From assembly GCA_963835065.1 (NCBI GenBank), contig CAWIEK010000001.1, positions 161,344 through 225,343 of the forward strand: a stretch of 64,000 bases of DNA, given 5' to 3'. Of the stretch, positions 10,101 through 19,815 are shown piece after piece. The stretch's first letter is position 1. Every line of letters begins with the position of its first letter. Source of the stretch: an uncultured Chthonomonadaceae bacterium (GTDB lineage: Bacteria; Armatimonadota; Chthonomonadetes; Chthonomonadales; Chthonomonadaceae). The position numbers and the translations under genes were made by a program. The notes beneath the pieces were generated by a model. That model saw only the letters and a program-made list of their open reading frames with translations, ran no database searches and was not told where the DNA came from.

Positions 10101-10338
10101 CGCCTTTTCTGCGGACGGGCGCACACTTGCAACCGGCAGCGAAGACCACACCGTCAAGTTATGGAATGTTGCCACGAAACGCGAGATGATTACATTTCGG
10201 GATCATAAGGAGGCCGTCTATAGAGTTCAGTTCTCTCCCGACGGCCGTATGCTGGCTACGTTAGACCGTGACCATAAAATTTGCCTCTATTCTGCGGCTC
10301 TTCCGAGGGAAGTCAGCATGGACAAAGTCAGTCCCTGA
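7126..10338 (+). CDS. AAA_35-like P-loop NTPase + TM helix + WD40 beta-propellers
   Basis: SYVEREAD, TARQMGKSS, IFLDEID, TPFNIG, WTGGHPYLT; TM segment ALFVSGGILAAIALCGMVAFI; DLRGWEWGYYW; about 13-14 AFSPDG/WD repeats; ATGA overlap with the upstream gene. Confidence 0.9.
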   Translation: MSSFPSDFRAQFYTCGGTMTGDDPSYVEREADAELFAALRQGQFCYVLTARQMGKSSLMVRASRRLQAALRPEAGAVALLDLSAIGQNASEESWYYTLLTQMGKRLGLSGEMRELWRAQTDLPPLQRWIMGIEEIVLKRFSGPVVIFLDEIDMVRGLTFKTDEFFIAIRALYNRRALEPGLERLTFCLLGVATPSDLIQDAQLTPFNIGKRIELTDFSLEEAAVLKWGMSGEELLSDMLLKRVLYWTGGHPYLTQCLCQAISKNPSHQTTEAVDELCDGMFLSGGAREKDINLQFVRDRLLKSAGDIAAILELYRQVLSGHRVADSEADQRISVLRLSGVARVIDRHLAVRNRIYARVFNREWILAHMPDAELRRQKAAYRKGIFRALFVSGGILAAIALCGMVAFIQWRHAVAEGLRASAEGLRASAEHRRAEGLRYTSDMALAQIYYDRQQYRRLAQALTDHLPSPEEKEDLRGWEWGYYWQRMHRDLHTFQHKGKGIVYSIAFSPDGKMLASSNGDGSIRFWDTMSKREMPPGLDEHNDEALSEVFSIAFSPKDSNLLASCSADGTIKLWDVAARRVRKTFSFGAAVNALAFSPDGKYLAAGDAKGVLSRLDMASGRVTPWQGGKEDAINAVAFSPDGRWLVAGYAPSGKIRLLEASSQRAIDLAPSSAQGHIYSTAISPDNRALAIGRNDGTTEIWDIPSRHRVNTLHGHTDTVHGLAFSPDGKCLATGSWDNTIRLWNLAERKTIHTFIGHTSRVTCVAFSRDGSVLASGAGNEVKFWDTRRLEDNPRMLNWPVNLKMEGYAQELAFNANSVPNLWIRKSHPSALTLFDLTDWRKRQSLEMPANPGSAAFSPDHKMLAMGSNDGTVRLQDLQTGKVKSCFPVDARAKERRQIDVCSLAFSSDGKLLAAASGDPAVVTLWEVATQRLIGQFQHSNAAQRIAFSPQGTLLAVANWQGHVFVWNYAAHTGKVEVKDVEGWAAHSKSVTDVAFSADGRTLATGSEDHTVKLWNVATKREMITFRDHKEAVYRVQFSPDGRMLATLDRDHKICLYSAALPREVSMDKVSP

Positions 10339-10372
10339 ACCGAATACCTAATCAGTTGATCAATTCAGTTGA

Positions 10373-10651
10373 TCAATGTGGGGCGCGCAGGGATGGCAGC
10401 CTGCTGAGTTTGAGCTGCTTCTGGTTACGCGCCTGTGAGGGGCTAAGTTCGTCCTTCGCGCCGATGCCGCTCCAATGGATGACAGCAGCGCCGAGACATA
10501 CCAAAGCGACCCCGGCGATAGCCACCGCATGAGGCAGTTTCAAACCGGCAAGCGGTATGGTATCGGCGTCGGGCAGGGATTTTGGCTTACCCGGCGTGGA
10601 AATAACCCCGTTCTTGCTGTGGCCGCGATGAATGGTGACAAGTTTTGCCAT
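10373..10651 (-). CDS. Small hypothetical protein with one TM helix
   Basis: GAGG RBS before ATG 10651; hydrophobic stretch AVAIAGVALVCLGAAVI. Confidence 0.5.
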   Translation of the reverse strand: MAKLVTIHRGHSKNGVISTPGKPKSLPDADTIPLAGLKLPHAVAIAGVALVCLGAAVIHWSGIGAKDELSPSQARNQKQLKLSRLPSLRAPH

Positions 10652-10686
10652 TGTGTTTTCCTCTTCAAGCGAAGCGTTTATTCGCG

Positions 10687-11544
10687 TCAATTGGGCCAGA
10701 ACGTCGTAAGATTAGCCTGCGCTTGCAGGTACGCCAGGCACGTTCGCGAGGCTCCGGGGTAGGCCGGCCCGTCCGGGTTGGCGCACCACTTCCCATAGTC
10801 CTCGGCATGTTTGGGAAAGGCGACGGTTGTGCCATCGGAGTAGACGCCGCCCTGCCAGGGCAGGGATTTGGCATGACCATCCGCATACAGCATGTTGAAC
10901 TGGCCGCGATGCCGCAAGTCGCTGTTGCGGCTGCCGGCGAAATTACTCAGGATCGCATTCCAAACCACTGTGTAGAACGGATAGTCGTAGGTATCTCCGA
11001 AGGCGAAGGTGTCGGCAGGAGCCACGAGCGCCGCGAGGGACTGGCCGGGAGCCACATACACGCTGCCTGTCTGGGATAGAGCCTGCACCAATCCCCCGCC
11101 CGCATAAACGTTGACGCCGAAGTTGTAGCCATAGCCCAGGCAGCGGTCACTGCGAAACCCGACTTCGGTAAATCCAAGACTGTTGCAATCCTTTGCGGTT
11201 CGGTCAGGACAAAAGAAAACTTCCTCATTGTTGATATAGGAATGGAGAGCGGTGGAAATGTCATAGGCGAGATTGGACGGCGCGCTCCCGACCAGAACTA
11301 ACGTCGGGTAAGTCTCATCGTTGTCCTGCGCGTACATACTCAGCGCGCTGCCAAGCTGCCGGGTATTGCTCAGGCAGGCCGTTTTGCGCGCGCTTGCCCG
11401 CACTTGCGCAAAGACAGGAAAGAGGATCGCGGCCAGTATCGCAATAATCGCGATGACCACAAGCAATTCTATGAGCGTGAAGCCCTGATGCCGCCCTCGC
11501 AGGGCAGGCAAACCGCAAGGGACAGACGGGGAAAAAGGGCGCAT
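10687..11544 (-). CDS. Prepilin-type N-terminal cleavage/methylation protein with H-X9-DG motif (DUF1559-like)
   Basis: [31 protein letters not shown]...[21 protein letters not shown]. Confidence 0.9.
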   Translation of the reverse strand: MRPFSPSVPCGLPALRGRHQGFTLIELLVVIAIIAILAAILFPVFAQVRASARKTACLSNTRQLGSALSMYAQDNDETYPTLVLVGSAPSNLAYDISTALHSYINNEEVFFCPDRTAKDCNSLGFTEVGFRSDRCLGYGYNFGVNVYAGGGLVQALSQTGSVYVAPGQSLAALVAPADTFAFGDTYDYPFYTVVWNAILSNFAGSRNSDLRHRGQFNMLYADGHAKSLPWQGGVYSDGTTVAFPKHAEDYGKWCANPDGPAYPGASRTCLAYLQAQANLTTFWPN

Positions 11545-11659
11545 GGGCACGTTCCTATTCAGGGCGCGTTCTATACACGCCGTCAAAAACAAAGATAGCA
11601 GAGTATTGGCGGCTGAACCCGTAAACTTTATCCCTCCGGCACAGTATCTTTAGAAAGGG

Positions 11660-14509
11660 CTAGGCCGCTTTGCTGAATTCGTTCGGGGTTTCCGCAGGAA
11701 CGGGCGATGCCGGCAAGCGCTGTTTGCGCGCGGCGCGCAGGAACGCGGCGGCGATTACGGGATCGAACTGTGTTCCCGCATTGGCGCGCACTTCCGCAAA
11801 CGCCACTTCCCAATCCATGCCGCGCCGATAGGGGCGGTGCGTGGTCATGGCGCTGACCGCATCGGCCACCGCCGCAATGCGTCCCAGGAGGGGAATGGCC
11901 TCGCCCTGCAATCCATCGGGATAGCCTTTTCCATCCCAGCGCTCATGGTGCGAACGTACCACGTCCACAACGTTTTTCATGTCCGGCAGAGAGCCGACGA
12001 TGAGCGCGCCCAGCAAGGGATGCTGTTTCAGAATATCGTATTCTTCGTCTGTCAAACGCCCCGGTTTGCGCAGTATCTCGTCGGGAACGCCGATCTTCCC
12101 GACGTCATGGAGCAGCCCGCCGATACGCAAAGCCCGCAGCGTTTCCTCGGACAGTCCCATTTCTTCCGCAATCCAGAGCGCGTACTCGGTAACGTCTTCG
12201 GAATGTCGGCGCGTATAGCGGTCTTTGTTGTCCACAGCGGAAACCATCGAATCCAGAACGCCATAAGAAGCCTCGACCCGGAACTCGCGGTTGGCGCGCT
12301 GAAATGGGGTGCTGCGTCCGATGCTGTCTCCCGACAGCTTGGCCGTATACAGGTTTTTATCGGCGATTGTCAACAATTCATGGCGGTTGCCGCTGTCATC
12401 AGGAAACGACGCGAGGCCGAAACTGAGGGTAATGGGAATAACGCGCTCGTCGCTGTCGCGGCGAAATCCCTCCGCCATGAGATGCGCGCTCATGCGCTCG
12501 GCGATCTGCACGGCCGTTTCCGGCGTAATGCCCGGCATGACGACGATGAATTCGTCGCCTCCATAGCGCCCCAGGCTGGCGGTGGACGGGCACTCCGCCC
12601 GCATGGTTTCCGCCACGCGCCGCAGCACCTGATCGCCGATGGGATGGCCGTAGGTGTCATTGAACAGCTTGAAATTGTTCAAATCCAGCATCATCACCGC
12701 AACGGGCTGATTGCTGTCCCGCGCCTGTACCAGCGCTTTGTCCAGGCGCTGGTGCATGGCGCGGTGATTGAGCAGGCCCGTTACGGGGTCACAATCCGCT
12801 GCGGCCACTGCCGTCCCGTACAAACGCGCATTTTCCAGAGCCGTTGCTACGGCCAGCCCGATATTTTGCAGCAGTTCGGCTTCCGCCGGTTCAAAGCCGG
12901 ATTGCCAGCGGAGGATGCCGATCATGCCGCGCAGCCGATGCTGCCATAACAACGGGGCGCGGAGGCAGTAACCCTCCCCGGCTTCCCCGTTCCAATCCGA
13001 AGCCGCGTGATCGCCCGGCGCGCTGCTTGTTGTGGCGGAGGGCGGCAAGCCCGCTATTCCCGGCAGCGGCAGCGCGATCACCTCGGTTTGCGCAAGCACG
13101 GGCAATTGTTCCAGATAGGAAAGCATTGCAGGTAACATGGTGGTCTTGCCGACCGGCAGCATTGCGGCGCGAGTGTTCGCTTCCTGCGCGTTTTCCGACT
13201 CCTCAGCCCCGGCTTCGCACAGCCATATCACGACGGCATCCGCCTGAAAAGCCTCCTGCGCCTGCTCCCCGGCCAGCGTCAGCACCTCTTCCACCTTCAG
13301 CGTATTATTGACAGCCGTATTGATCCGCAGCAGGGCGCTGAGTTGTTGGGTGCGCCGCGCGACCCTGTGTTCCAGCGTTTCATTGAACGTCACCAGTTGC
13401 CGGGATAACTGCCGGTTTTCGAGCAGCGTGAAAACCTGTCGCAGCAGCACAAGCAGCAGCATGAGCAGGCCGATACTCAGCGTTTCATTGCTGATCTGTT
13501 TGTTGCCATGCGAGTAGTCATGCACAGAAATGATAAGGAAGGCGCCCAGACTGGCGACGTAGGGCATGAACATCGAAACCAGGCGCGGAACAACCATGAA
13601 GGTATAACTTTTGGACGCTTTGCTGCCCTCGATACTCAAATCATCGGCTTTGCAGAAGGGAATCAGCGCGGCAAGGCCAATCGAAACAGACCCAAGCGGC
13701 CAGCCTACATCCGTCCAGGAACCATCATGAAACGCGCTGTGCAGGCGGGAAAAGGCGTAAACGAGGTCGGCGAATGTCCACGCGACGATGCCGCCAACCA
13801 GAAACAGCAGCGAACGCCGCAGATTGCGGTTTGTGGAAGGGCTGTTAAAAAGGACGATAGCGCCAAAAACAGCGGCGAAGTCGCCAAGCGGATACGCGAC
13901 GCTGGCGAGTTTTCCCAGGTGCGAAACCCCGGACTGCTGCCAGATGCGCTCCACCAGAAAATACCAGCCCAGAGCGGCCAGGCTGCTGTTGGCAATCGCG
14001 CTGTCGAGCAGCAGGCGCATGCGCCCGGCCTGGGGCATGCTGCCGAATAAGGCCAGCACACCCCCGATGAGCAGGGGGAAAACAAGCAGCCAGGCGGCGT
14101 CGTCCCATCCGGGAAACGGCGCTTCCATGCGCTGTGTGCCGACACGATGCATGCCGACATAATAAAAATAGATGACGTCGCCGACGGAATAGGCCAGGCA
14201 CGCGAGGCCAATCAGCAGCCAGCCGCGCTGACGCGCTACGCTGCTGTGACGTCCAAAGCAGGCATACACAAGGTTACAAAGCGCAGCAAACAGATGCGGG
14301 CCGATTTGCAAAAAGTATTCAAACGTTTGCCCCAAAGTACCCCGTCCGCCTTGCGCTATGCAGAGCAAGAGATACAGGAGCGGGAAGCCCATAGCGCTCA
14401 GGAAGGCGGCGTATTTATGTCGGGACCACGTTAAAGTTCGCATGTTTCCAATCGTATCTGTATCTGTACCAATGGGAACCTGGCAGGATAGGTTTAAGGC
14501 AAGTACCAT
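11660..14509 (-). CDS. Multi-TM sensor + GAF + diguanylate cyclase (GGDEF) + HD-GYP phosphodiesterase; start may be 14443
   Basis: About 10 TM helices; ALENARLY; DPVTGLLNH; RYGGDEF; LHDVGKIG; HHERWDGKGYP. Confidence 0.92.
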   Translation of the reverse strand: MVLALNLSCQVPIGTDTDTIGNMRTLTWSRHKYAAFLSAMGFPLLYLLLCIAQGGRGTLGQTFEYFLQIGPHLFAALCNLVYACFGRHSSVARQRGWLLIGLACLAYSVGDVIYFYYVGMHRVGTQRMEAPFPGWDDAAWLLVFPLLIGGVLALFGSMPQAGRMRLLLDSAIANSSLAALGWYFLVERIWQQSGVSHLGKLASVAYPLGDFAAVFGAIVLFNSPSTNRNLRRSLLFLVGGIVAWTFADLVYAFSRLHSAFHDGSWTDVGWPLGSVSIGLAALIPFCKADDLSIEGSKASKSYTFMVVPRLVSMFMPYVASLGAFLIISVHDYSHGNKQISNETLSIGLLMLLLVLLRQVFTLLENRQLSRQLVTFNETLEHRVARRTQQLSALLRINTAVNNTLKVEEVLTLAGEQAQEAFQADAVVIWLCEAGAEESENAQEANTRAAMLPVGKTTMLPAMLSYLEQLPVLAQTEVIALPLPGIAGLPPSATTSSAPGDHAASDWNGEAGEGYCLRAPLLWQHRLRGMIGILRWQSGFEPAEAELLQNIGLAVATALENARLYGTAVAAADCDPVTGLLNHRAMHQRLDKALVQARDSNQPVAVMMLDLNNFKLFNDTYGHPIGDQVLRRVAETMRAECPSTASLGRYGGDEFIVVMPGITPETAVQIAERMSAHLMAEGFRRDSDERVIPITLSFGLASFPDDSGNRHELLTIADKNLYTAKLSGDSIGRSTPFQRANREFRVEASYGVLDSMVSAVDNKDRYTRRHSEDVTEYALWIAEEMGLSEETLRALRIGGLLHDVGKIGVPDEILRKPGRLTDEEYDILKQHPLLGALIVGSLPDMKNVVDVVRSHHERWDGKGYPDGLQGEAIPLLGRIAAVADAVSAMTTHRPYRRGMDWEVAFAEVRANAGTQFDPVIAAAFLRAARKQRLPASPVPAETPNEFSKAA

Positions 14510-14612
14510 TGTCGGCGCAAGATCAGGGGAACTTGAGAACAGGGAACACAGAAAGAAGGGAACAATTTTCGACGGCCAAATATTTTACCGTCAAAAATTT
14601 GTCGTCAAAGAC

Positions 14613-14641
14613 TTGACATAACGCTGTCAAACGAGTATACT
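14613..14641 (+). promoter_or_regulatory. Near-consensus sigma70 promoter with overlapping palindrome
   Basis: TTGACA-17 nt-TATACT; TTGACA-6 nt-TGTCAA palindrome covers the -35 box. Confidence 0.7.
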
Positions 14642-14910
14642 GGCAAAGTTGCGGTACATTCCAGGCAGTTTACTTCCTACGATCTTTGCTATGATCTTTC
14701 TTCTCCAAACTCCTGGGTATCGTGGCGCGAAGCGTTCCTCTTTTTTATTTAGCCTTGTATTCAGCCTTGTTTTGCGCCCCGTCAGCGCTTCCTCGATCCC
14801 ACGCCGGATTAGAAGGAATGGTAGACCCCTCGAATCGCCTCTTGCAGTGGAAACGGCTTTGATCAGCCCTGCCGCTGCCATCCTGCTTTCAAGGAAGGTC
14901 GCTATTCGTC

Positions 14911-16254
14911 ATGTTTACCACGGACTCCATGGTTCCTGTTTTGCCCGCCAACAGCGCTCTCAACAAGAGCGTGGCGCATTTTGCCCGGCCCTCCGGCCCG
15001 GATTTGCTGGCCCGCACGGAAGCCTTCGCGCGCTGGCGCGACGCGCGCCAGGCAAACGAGGTCTGGCCTTACTCGCGCGCCATACTCTCCTCGCCCGATG
15101 CCCACTGCGCCATACGCAACGAATCGGGCCGCTGTTCGGAAGGCATCAACTTCGCCAATACGGACTATCTCGGCCTGTCCACGCATCCCCTGATCCGCGA
15201 AGCGGCTGTTCGCGCCATTTACGAATACGGCCCGCACAGTCCCAGTTCCCCGATGCTGCAAGGCAACACAGGGCTGTCGCTGGCGCTGGAAGCCGCGTTG
15301 AGCGAATGGCTGCAAATGGAGCATGTGGCGCTGTTCACCACAGGATGGGGAGCGGGGTTCGGCTGCATTACGGCGCTCGTGCGGCCCGCCGACCACGTCA
15401 TTCTGGACAACCTGGCGCATGCCTGTCTGCAACAGGGCGCGCAGGCCGCCACGCAGAACATCCATCGCCATGCCCATCTCGACATTGACGGCGTAATAAA
15501 GCATCTGCAAGCCATTCGCCAAACCGACAGCAAGAACGGCATTTTGGTGGTGTCGGAGGGGCTGTTCTCCATGGACTCGGACTGCCCCGACCTTATGCGC
15601 TTGCAGCGGGTTTGCCGGGAGTACGAGGCGACCCTGATGGTGGATGTGGCGCATGACCTGGGGTGCATGGGGCCGGACGGAACGGGCACAATCGGGGCGC
15701 AGCAGATGTTAGGCCAGATTGACCTCGTGATGGGCGCTTTCTCCAAGTCGTTCGGCACGAACGGCGGCTTTGTCGCCACGCGGTCTCATGCGGTTCGGCA
15801 CTACATCAAGACGTATGGCGGTTCGCATCTGTTTTCTACCGCCATGTCGCCCGTGCAGGCCGCTGTCGCGCTGGAAGCCATTCGGATCATCCAGTCGCCG
15901 GAGGGCGAACAGTTACGCGCCCGCATGATGCAGAATGTGCATGCCCTGCGCAACGCCTTTATCCCTTACGGCATTGCCTGCATGGGCGAGCCGACGCCGA
16001 TTGTGCCGGTTCCCATCGGCAACGAAAAACTCGCCCGCGTGTCCAGCGCGCTGCTGTTTGCCTCCAATGTCTTCGCCAACCTGGTGGAATTCCCCGCCGT
16101 CGCGGTCGGCAGCGCCCGCTTCCGTATGCAGGTAATGTCCACCCATTCCGAAGAAGACGTCCGAATTGGAGCCAAATCCGTTTGCGAGGCTATCTCCCAG
16201 GCCCATGACCTGCTGAACGTACCCGAAGAGGCGGTAGTGCAGGTGAGACTCTAA
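14911..16254 (+). CDS. PLP-dependent alpha-oxoamine synthase family enzyme (BioF/Kbl/SPT/CqsA-like)
   Basis: NFANTDYLGL, LAHAC, EGLFSMD, VDVAHDLG, GAFSKSFG (PLP lysine), ARFRMQV. Confidence 0.88.
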   Translation: MFTTDSMVPVLPANSALNKSVAHFARPSGPDLLARTEAFARWRDARQANEVWPYSRAILSSPDAHCAIRNESGRCSEGINFANTDYLGLSTHPLIREAAVRAIYEYGPHSPSSPMLQGNTGLSLALEAALSEWLQMEHVALFTTGWGAGFGCITALVRPADHVILDNLAHACLQQGAQAATQNIHRHAHLDIDGVIKHLQAIRQTDSKNGILVVSEGLFSMDSDCPDLMRLQRVCREYEATLMVDVAHDLGCMGPDGTGTIGAQQMLGQIDLVMGAFSKSFGTNGGFVATRSHAVRHYIKTYGGSHLFSTAMSPVQAAVALEAIRIIQSPEGEQLRARMMQNVHALRNAFIPYGIACMGEPTPIVPVPIGNEKLARVSSALLFASNVFANLVEFPAVAVGSARFRMQVMSTHSEEDVRIGAKSVCEAISQAHDLLNVPEEAVVQVRL

Positions 16255-16456
16255 ACAGTTGATAGTTGATAGTTCGTAGTTGATAGCAAGGCAGGCCGTA
16301 CGAACTGTCAGCGCCCCGCTGCTCAGGAAACCTGAAGTCAGGCGCTTCTTTACCTGGCCTCATATAGCGCTGAAGCCTTATCTTCTAAATCCAACACTGC
16401 TGACCTCGCAAGAATTTGCGAGGTCAGCAGTGTTTATCAAGAACCAGGACACATGG

Positions 16457-16699
16457 ATGGAAGAAACTATTTTCGAGGAGACTGCCCGGCAGTATGAACA
16501 AGTGGCCGCTGAACTGGAACAGGCTGCCCGGCACATGAAAACTACCGCGCGTCATCTTCGGGAGCGTGAGGTTCCGCGCGGCTGCGCGCATGCGTTTGCC
16601 GGTTACGGGCATCTCTGCAAGGCGCAGGAACTGGTTCAGGAATTGGCTATACGCCATTCGGCGCACTCGCAGCCGCTGCCGGAACCGTCAGACACCTGA
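16457..16699 (+). CDS. Small helical hypothetical protein (80 aa)
   Basis: AGGA RBS; MEETIFEE...VPRGCAHAFAGYGH; 3' part of track ORF 16280..16699. Confidence 0.7.
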   Translation: MEETIFEETARQYEQVAAELEQAARHMKTTARHLREREVPRGCAHAFAGYGHLCKAQELVQELAIRHSAHSQPLPEPSDT

Positions 16700-16761
16700 C
16701 GTGGCCTGAAGCCATCATGCCATGACGCTCCAAACCGTTCCTCGCAACTGATTTTTGGGCA

Positions 16762-18012
16762 TTACAGGCGGACGGGCGCGCGTTTTCCAGTGGGAATTCC
16801 CGCCGCGTTCGTTTCCTGCGGCCCCTGGCTGAACAGATCGTAATCCGCGCCGCTGCGCTGGTAGCGCAGGCTTTCGCCGGTGAACGGGTCAACGGCCAAA
16901 GCGCCGAGACGCAATTGCGACAGGCTGTTGGGCAGGCTGTTATGTTCCCAGCGGTAGCGGCGAGCGGCGGCATGGACGCCCAGCAGTCGTATCATGGCGT
17001 TGATGCGGTCGTACCTCTCCACGACAGTCCCGATATCCAGCGTAACCAGGGAGAACAAAGTGCCGCCGAGGGATTTCACGTTTGCCTTGTTCATGGGCAG
17101 GCGCTCTTTGACGGGACGCTTGAGATTGGCGGCGACGGCATCGTAATGGGCGGCAATCAAGCCTTTGGCCTGGTCAATGGCCTGGCCGAGTTCCAGAGGA
17201 TGCAGTTCCAGATAATCCAGCAGGTTTTGGGCGTCCGCCTGCTCGTGTTCATCCCCGGAGGAAGAATGTTGAAGCAGTTCCTCCAGGCCTTTGAGATCAC
17301 TGCGCTTGTTTTCCAGTGAGCGCAGCGACTCTTGCCGATTCCCATTGAGCAACGCGGCGGTGGGCGAGGGCCATTCCAGGCACTCCTCCATCAGTCGCTG
17401 TACGCGCCCGCATTGATACTCGGAAAGCATGTCCAGATGGGCGCTGAAGCCTTTCAGCACAATGGTCTCAATGGAAACGCCGACAAGCCCGCTGATGACC
17501 GTATCGGTTTGTACGCGATACCCGAAGCGCAGGCCATCGCTGAGGACGTCAATGGCCGCATCCACGCGCCCATTCGCAAAGTAAACTTCCATTTGCGTGT
17601 TGAGCAGACGCGCCAGTTGGCGGAACAGGGAGAGTTCGGGATAAACGGTGGCGTCGTCCGGCAGTTGATGGGGAGAGACGGAGGGTTTGTTCAGCCCGTC
17701 GCGCACCAATTGCAGCGCCTTTTGTATCTGCGGGTCGGCCATCAAGCGCCGCTTCAGTGTCAGCGTTGTCGGCAGCGGCTCCGTCGCCGCATACACTTCT
17801 TTGTTGCCCTGAATCACATCACACGCCTGCACCCAATCCTCATACCCGTTTGCACCGGACGGCTGCGCGAACAGGCGCGAAAACACGGTTGGCCGGGAAG
17901 GTTTCGGTTCCTCCTGCGCCCGCGCAGGGCCACATAGCAGGGCAATCCCCACGCCCACGCCAACATACATGCTGCCCACACCTATAAGGAAAAGAGCGGA
18001 TTGCGCGCGCAT
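16762..18012 (-). CDS. Exported hypothetical protein with a C-terminal LP-x-SL...DPF-x-G-x-LRY...LFSQGP (pseudopilin-G-like) tail
   Basis: Signal-like N-terminus after a GGAGG RBS; shares motifs with 32210..33589. Confidence 0.75.
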   Translation of the reverse strand: MRAQSALFLIGVGSMYVGVGVGIALLCGPARAQEEPKPSRPTVFSRLFAQPSGANGYEDWVQACDVIQGNKEVYAATEPLPTTLTLKRRLMADPQIQKALQLVRDGLNKPSVSPHQLPDDATVYPELSLFRQLARLLNTQMEVYFANGRVDAAIDVLSDGLRFGYRVQTDTVISGLVGVSIETIVLKGFSAHLDMLSEYQCGRVQRLMEECLEWPSPTAALLNGNRQESLRSLENKRSDLKGLEELLQHSSSGDEHEQADAQNLLDYLELHPLELGQAIDQAKGLIAAHYDAVAANLKRPVKERLPMNKANVKSLGGTLFSLVTLDIGTVVERYDRINAMIRLLGVHAAARRYRWEHNSLPNSLSQLRLGALAVDPFTGESLRYQRSGADYDLFSQGPQETNAAGIPTGKRAPVRL

Positions 18013-18211
18013 TAGGTACCTCCATCCGGCCAGGCGTCTTCTTGAAAATAAGAGGATGTCCTGTACGCTGATAACATATACCGCATCACCCGCGCAAAAT
18101 CCTTCCCGGCATTGGCTGCATTTATTGAAGGAAGCGGGGGAATGAATGTTCAATATAGGCGACAGAACGCACTCAACCATGGAAATGTGAGATATAAAGG
18201 AATCAACGAAG

Positions 18212-19359
18212 ATGAAGCAGAAGGAAAATGGGAACTTGCAGGAGTCGGGCGCGGTGAAGGGGGCAAGCGCGGCTGAATTGGAAAGGGATGGCAGCCATGC
18301 CGCGCCTCCCACCCAAATGACGCGGCGTGAAGTGCTTGCGGGGGGCGCAGTCCTGACCGCTGTGGCGATTGGCGAAACGGCGAGCGGCCAACAGCGCAAG
18401 CCCACGCTCTACCAGGCCACGCAGGACTTTCTTGCCACGCTGGATGCCGACCAAAAGCAAAAGGCCGTTCTTGCCTTCAACACGGAGGAGCGGCTGAACT
18501 GGTATTACGTGCCGAAAGAGCGCAAGGGCCTGCACTACAAGGACATGAACGCCGCGCAGCAGCAGGCCGCGCATGCCCTGCTGCTCGTCGGGTTGAGCCA
18601 GAGCGGATACAAGAAGGTGGAAACGATCCGGCAGTTGGAAAACGTCCTGCGCGAAATGGAAAACGGCAAAGGCCCGCCCGCGATCCCGGCCTGTACTACT
18701 TCACCGTTTTCGGGGAGCCTGCCGCCAGAGGGACGTGGGGATTGCGCTACGAGGGGCATCACGTTTCGCTGAACTGGACATCGCTCAAAGGCAAAATCAT
18801 CGCCAGCAGCCCGCAGTTTTTGGGCAGCAACCCCGCCGAAGTCCGTTCGGGCGCGCAAAAGGGAACGCGCGTTCTCGCCGCCGAAGAAGACCTGGCCCGC
18901 GCCCTCGTGAAATCCCTCAATGCGGAGCAGCGCAAGGACGCGGTTGTGAGCGAGACGGCTCCGGGCGACATTGTCTCCACCAATGCGCGTAAGGCGGGCA
19001 TTCTGGAAGACAAAGGCATTGCGTACAGCCAGTTGAACAAGGAGCAGCAGGGGATGTTTCTCAGCCTGCTGCAAGAGTACGCCCATGTGCAGGTTGAGGA
19101 GATAGCCCGGCAGCGACTGGACGCCATACGCAAAGCGGGCATCGCGCAGGTGAAATTCGCGTGGATGGGCGGCCTGGAACGGGGCCAGCCGCACTACTAT
19201 CGCATACAGGGCGCGACCTTCTTAGTGGAGTACGACAACACCCAAAACGACGCCAACCACATCCATACCGTGTGGCGCGACTTCAAAGGCGATTGGGGCG
19301 CCGACCTCCTCGCCCTCCACTACCACACCGCCGACCACGATCATGGGCATGATGTCTGA
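18212..19359 (+). pseudogene. DUF3500 family protein with Tat-like signal, split by one frameshift at about 18675-18680 (possibly assembly error)
   Basis: TRREVL signal; W..VP..RKGL in frame 1; RDPGLYYFTVFG, WGLRYEGHH, HYYRIQG, EYDNTQNDANHIHTVWRD in frame 2. Confidence 0.8.
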
Positions 19360-19815
19360 GTAGCTGATAGTTCACAGTTGATAGTTGATAGGGATACCAA
19401 GATTATCAACTATCAACTACTTTGCAGGAGACTGCCGGGTTGATAACGCATATCCGCGCTGGCTTTTTAAATGGCGAAGAGGCCAGTAATTAGAAGAACG
19501 TTTGAAGCGTAAGACGCTGCCAAAGAAATTCATAATTTGATAATTTAAAATTTTTAGATAAATATCGCGCTAATTCATTCAAACATGTGGCATACTTAGC
19601 GTAGTTATTTAATAAACCTTCTTGGTTTGCGCTATTCGTCTTTAACATGCTCCTGGGGCAAATCACCTTATCTATCTGATCTGGCGAAATCTTCCTCTTT
19701 TTCGCAGATTACCTGCTTATGCATTGATCTCCTGTTTTCGTGAGCGAATTAGTACTCCAGGTATAACAGGTATAAGACGTATCGCTGCTCGGTCTATATT
19801 TTTCGATGAGGAAAA

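Noticed and set aside
14911..16254. Naming this gene bioF or cqsA
   Set aside because: Family motifs cannot resolve substrate specificity and there is no biotin operon context.
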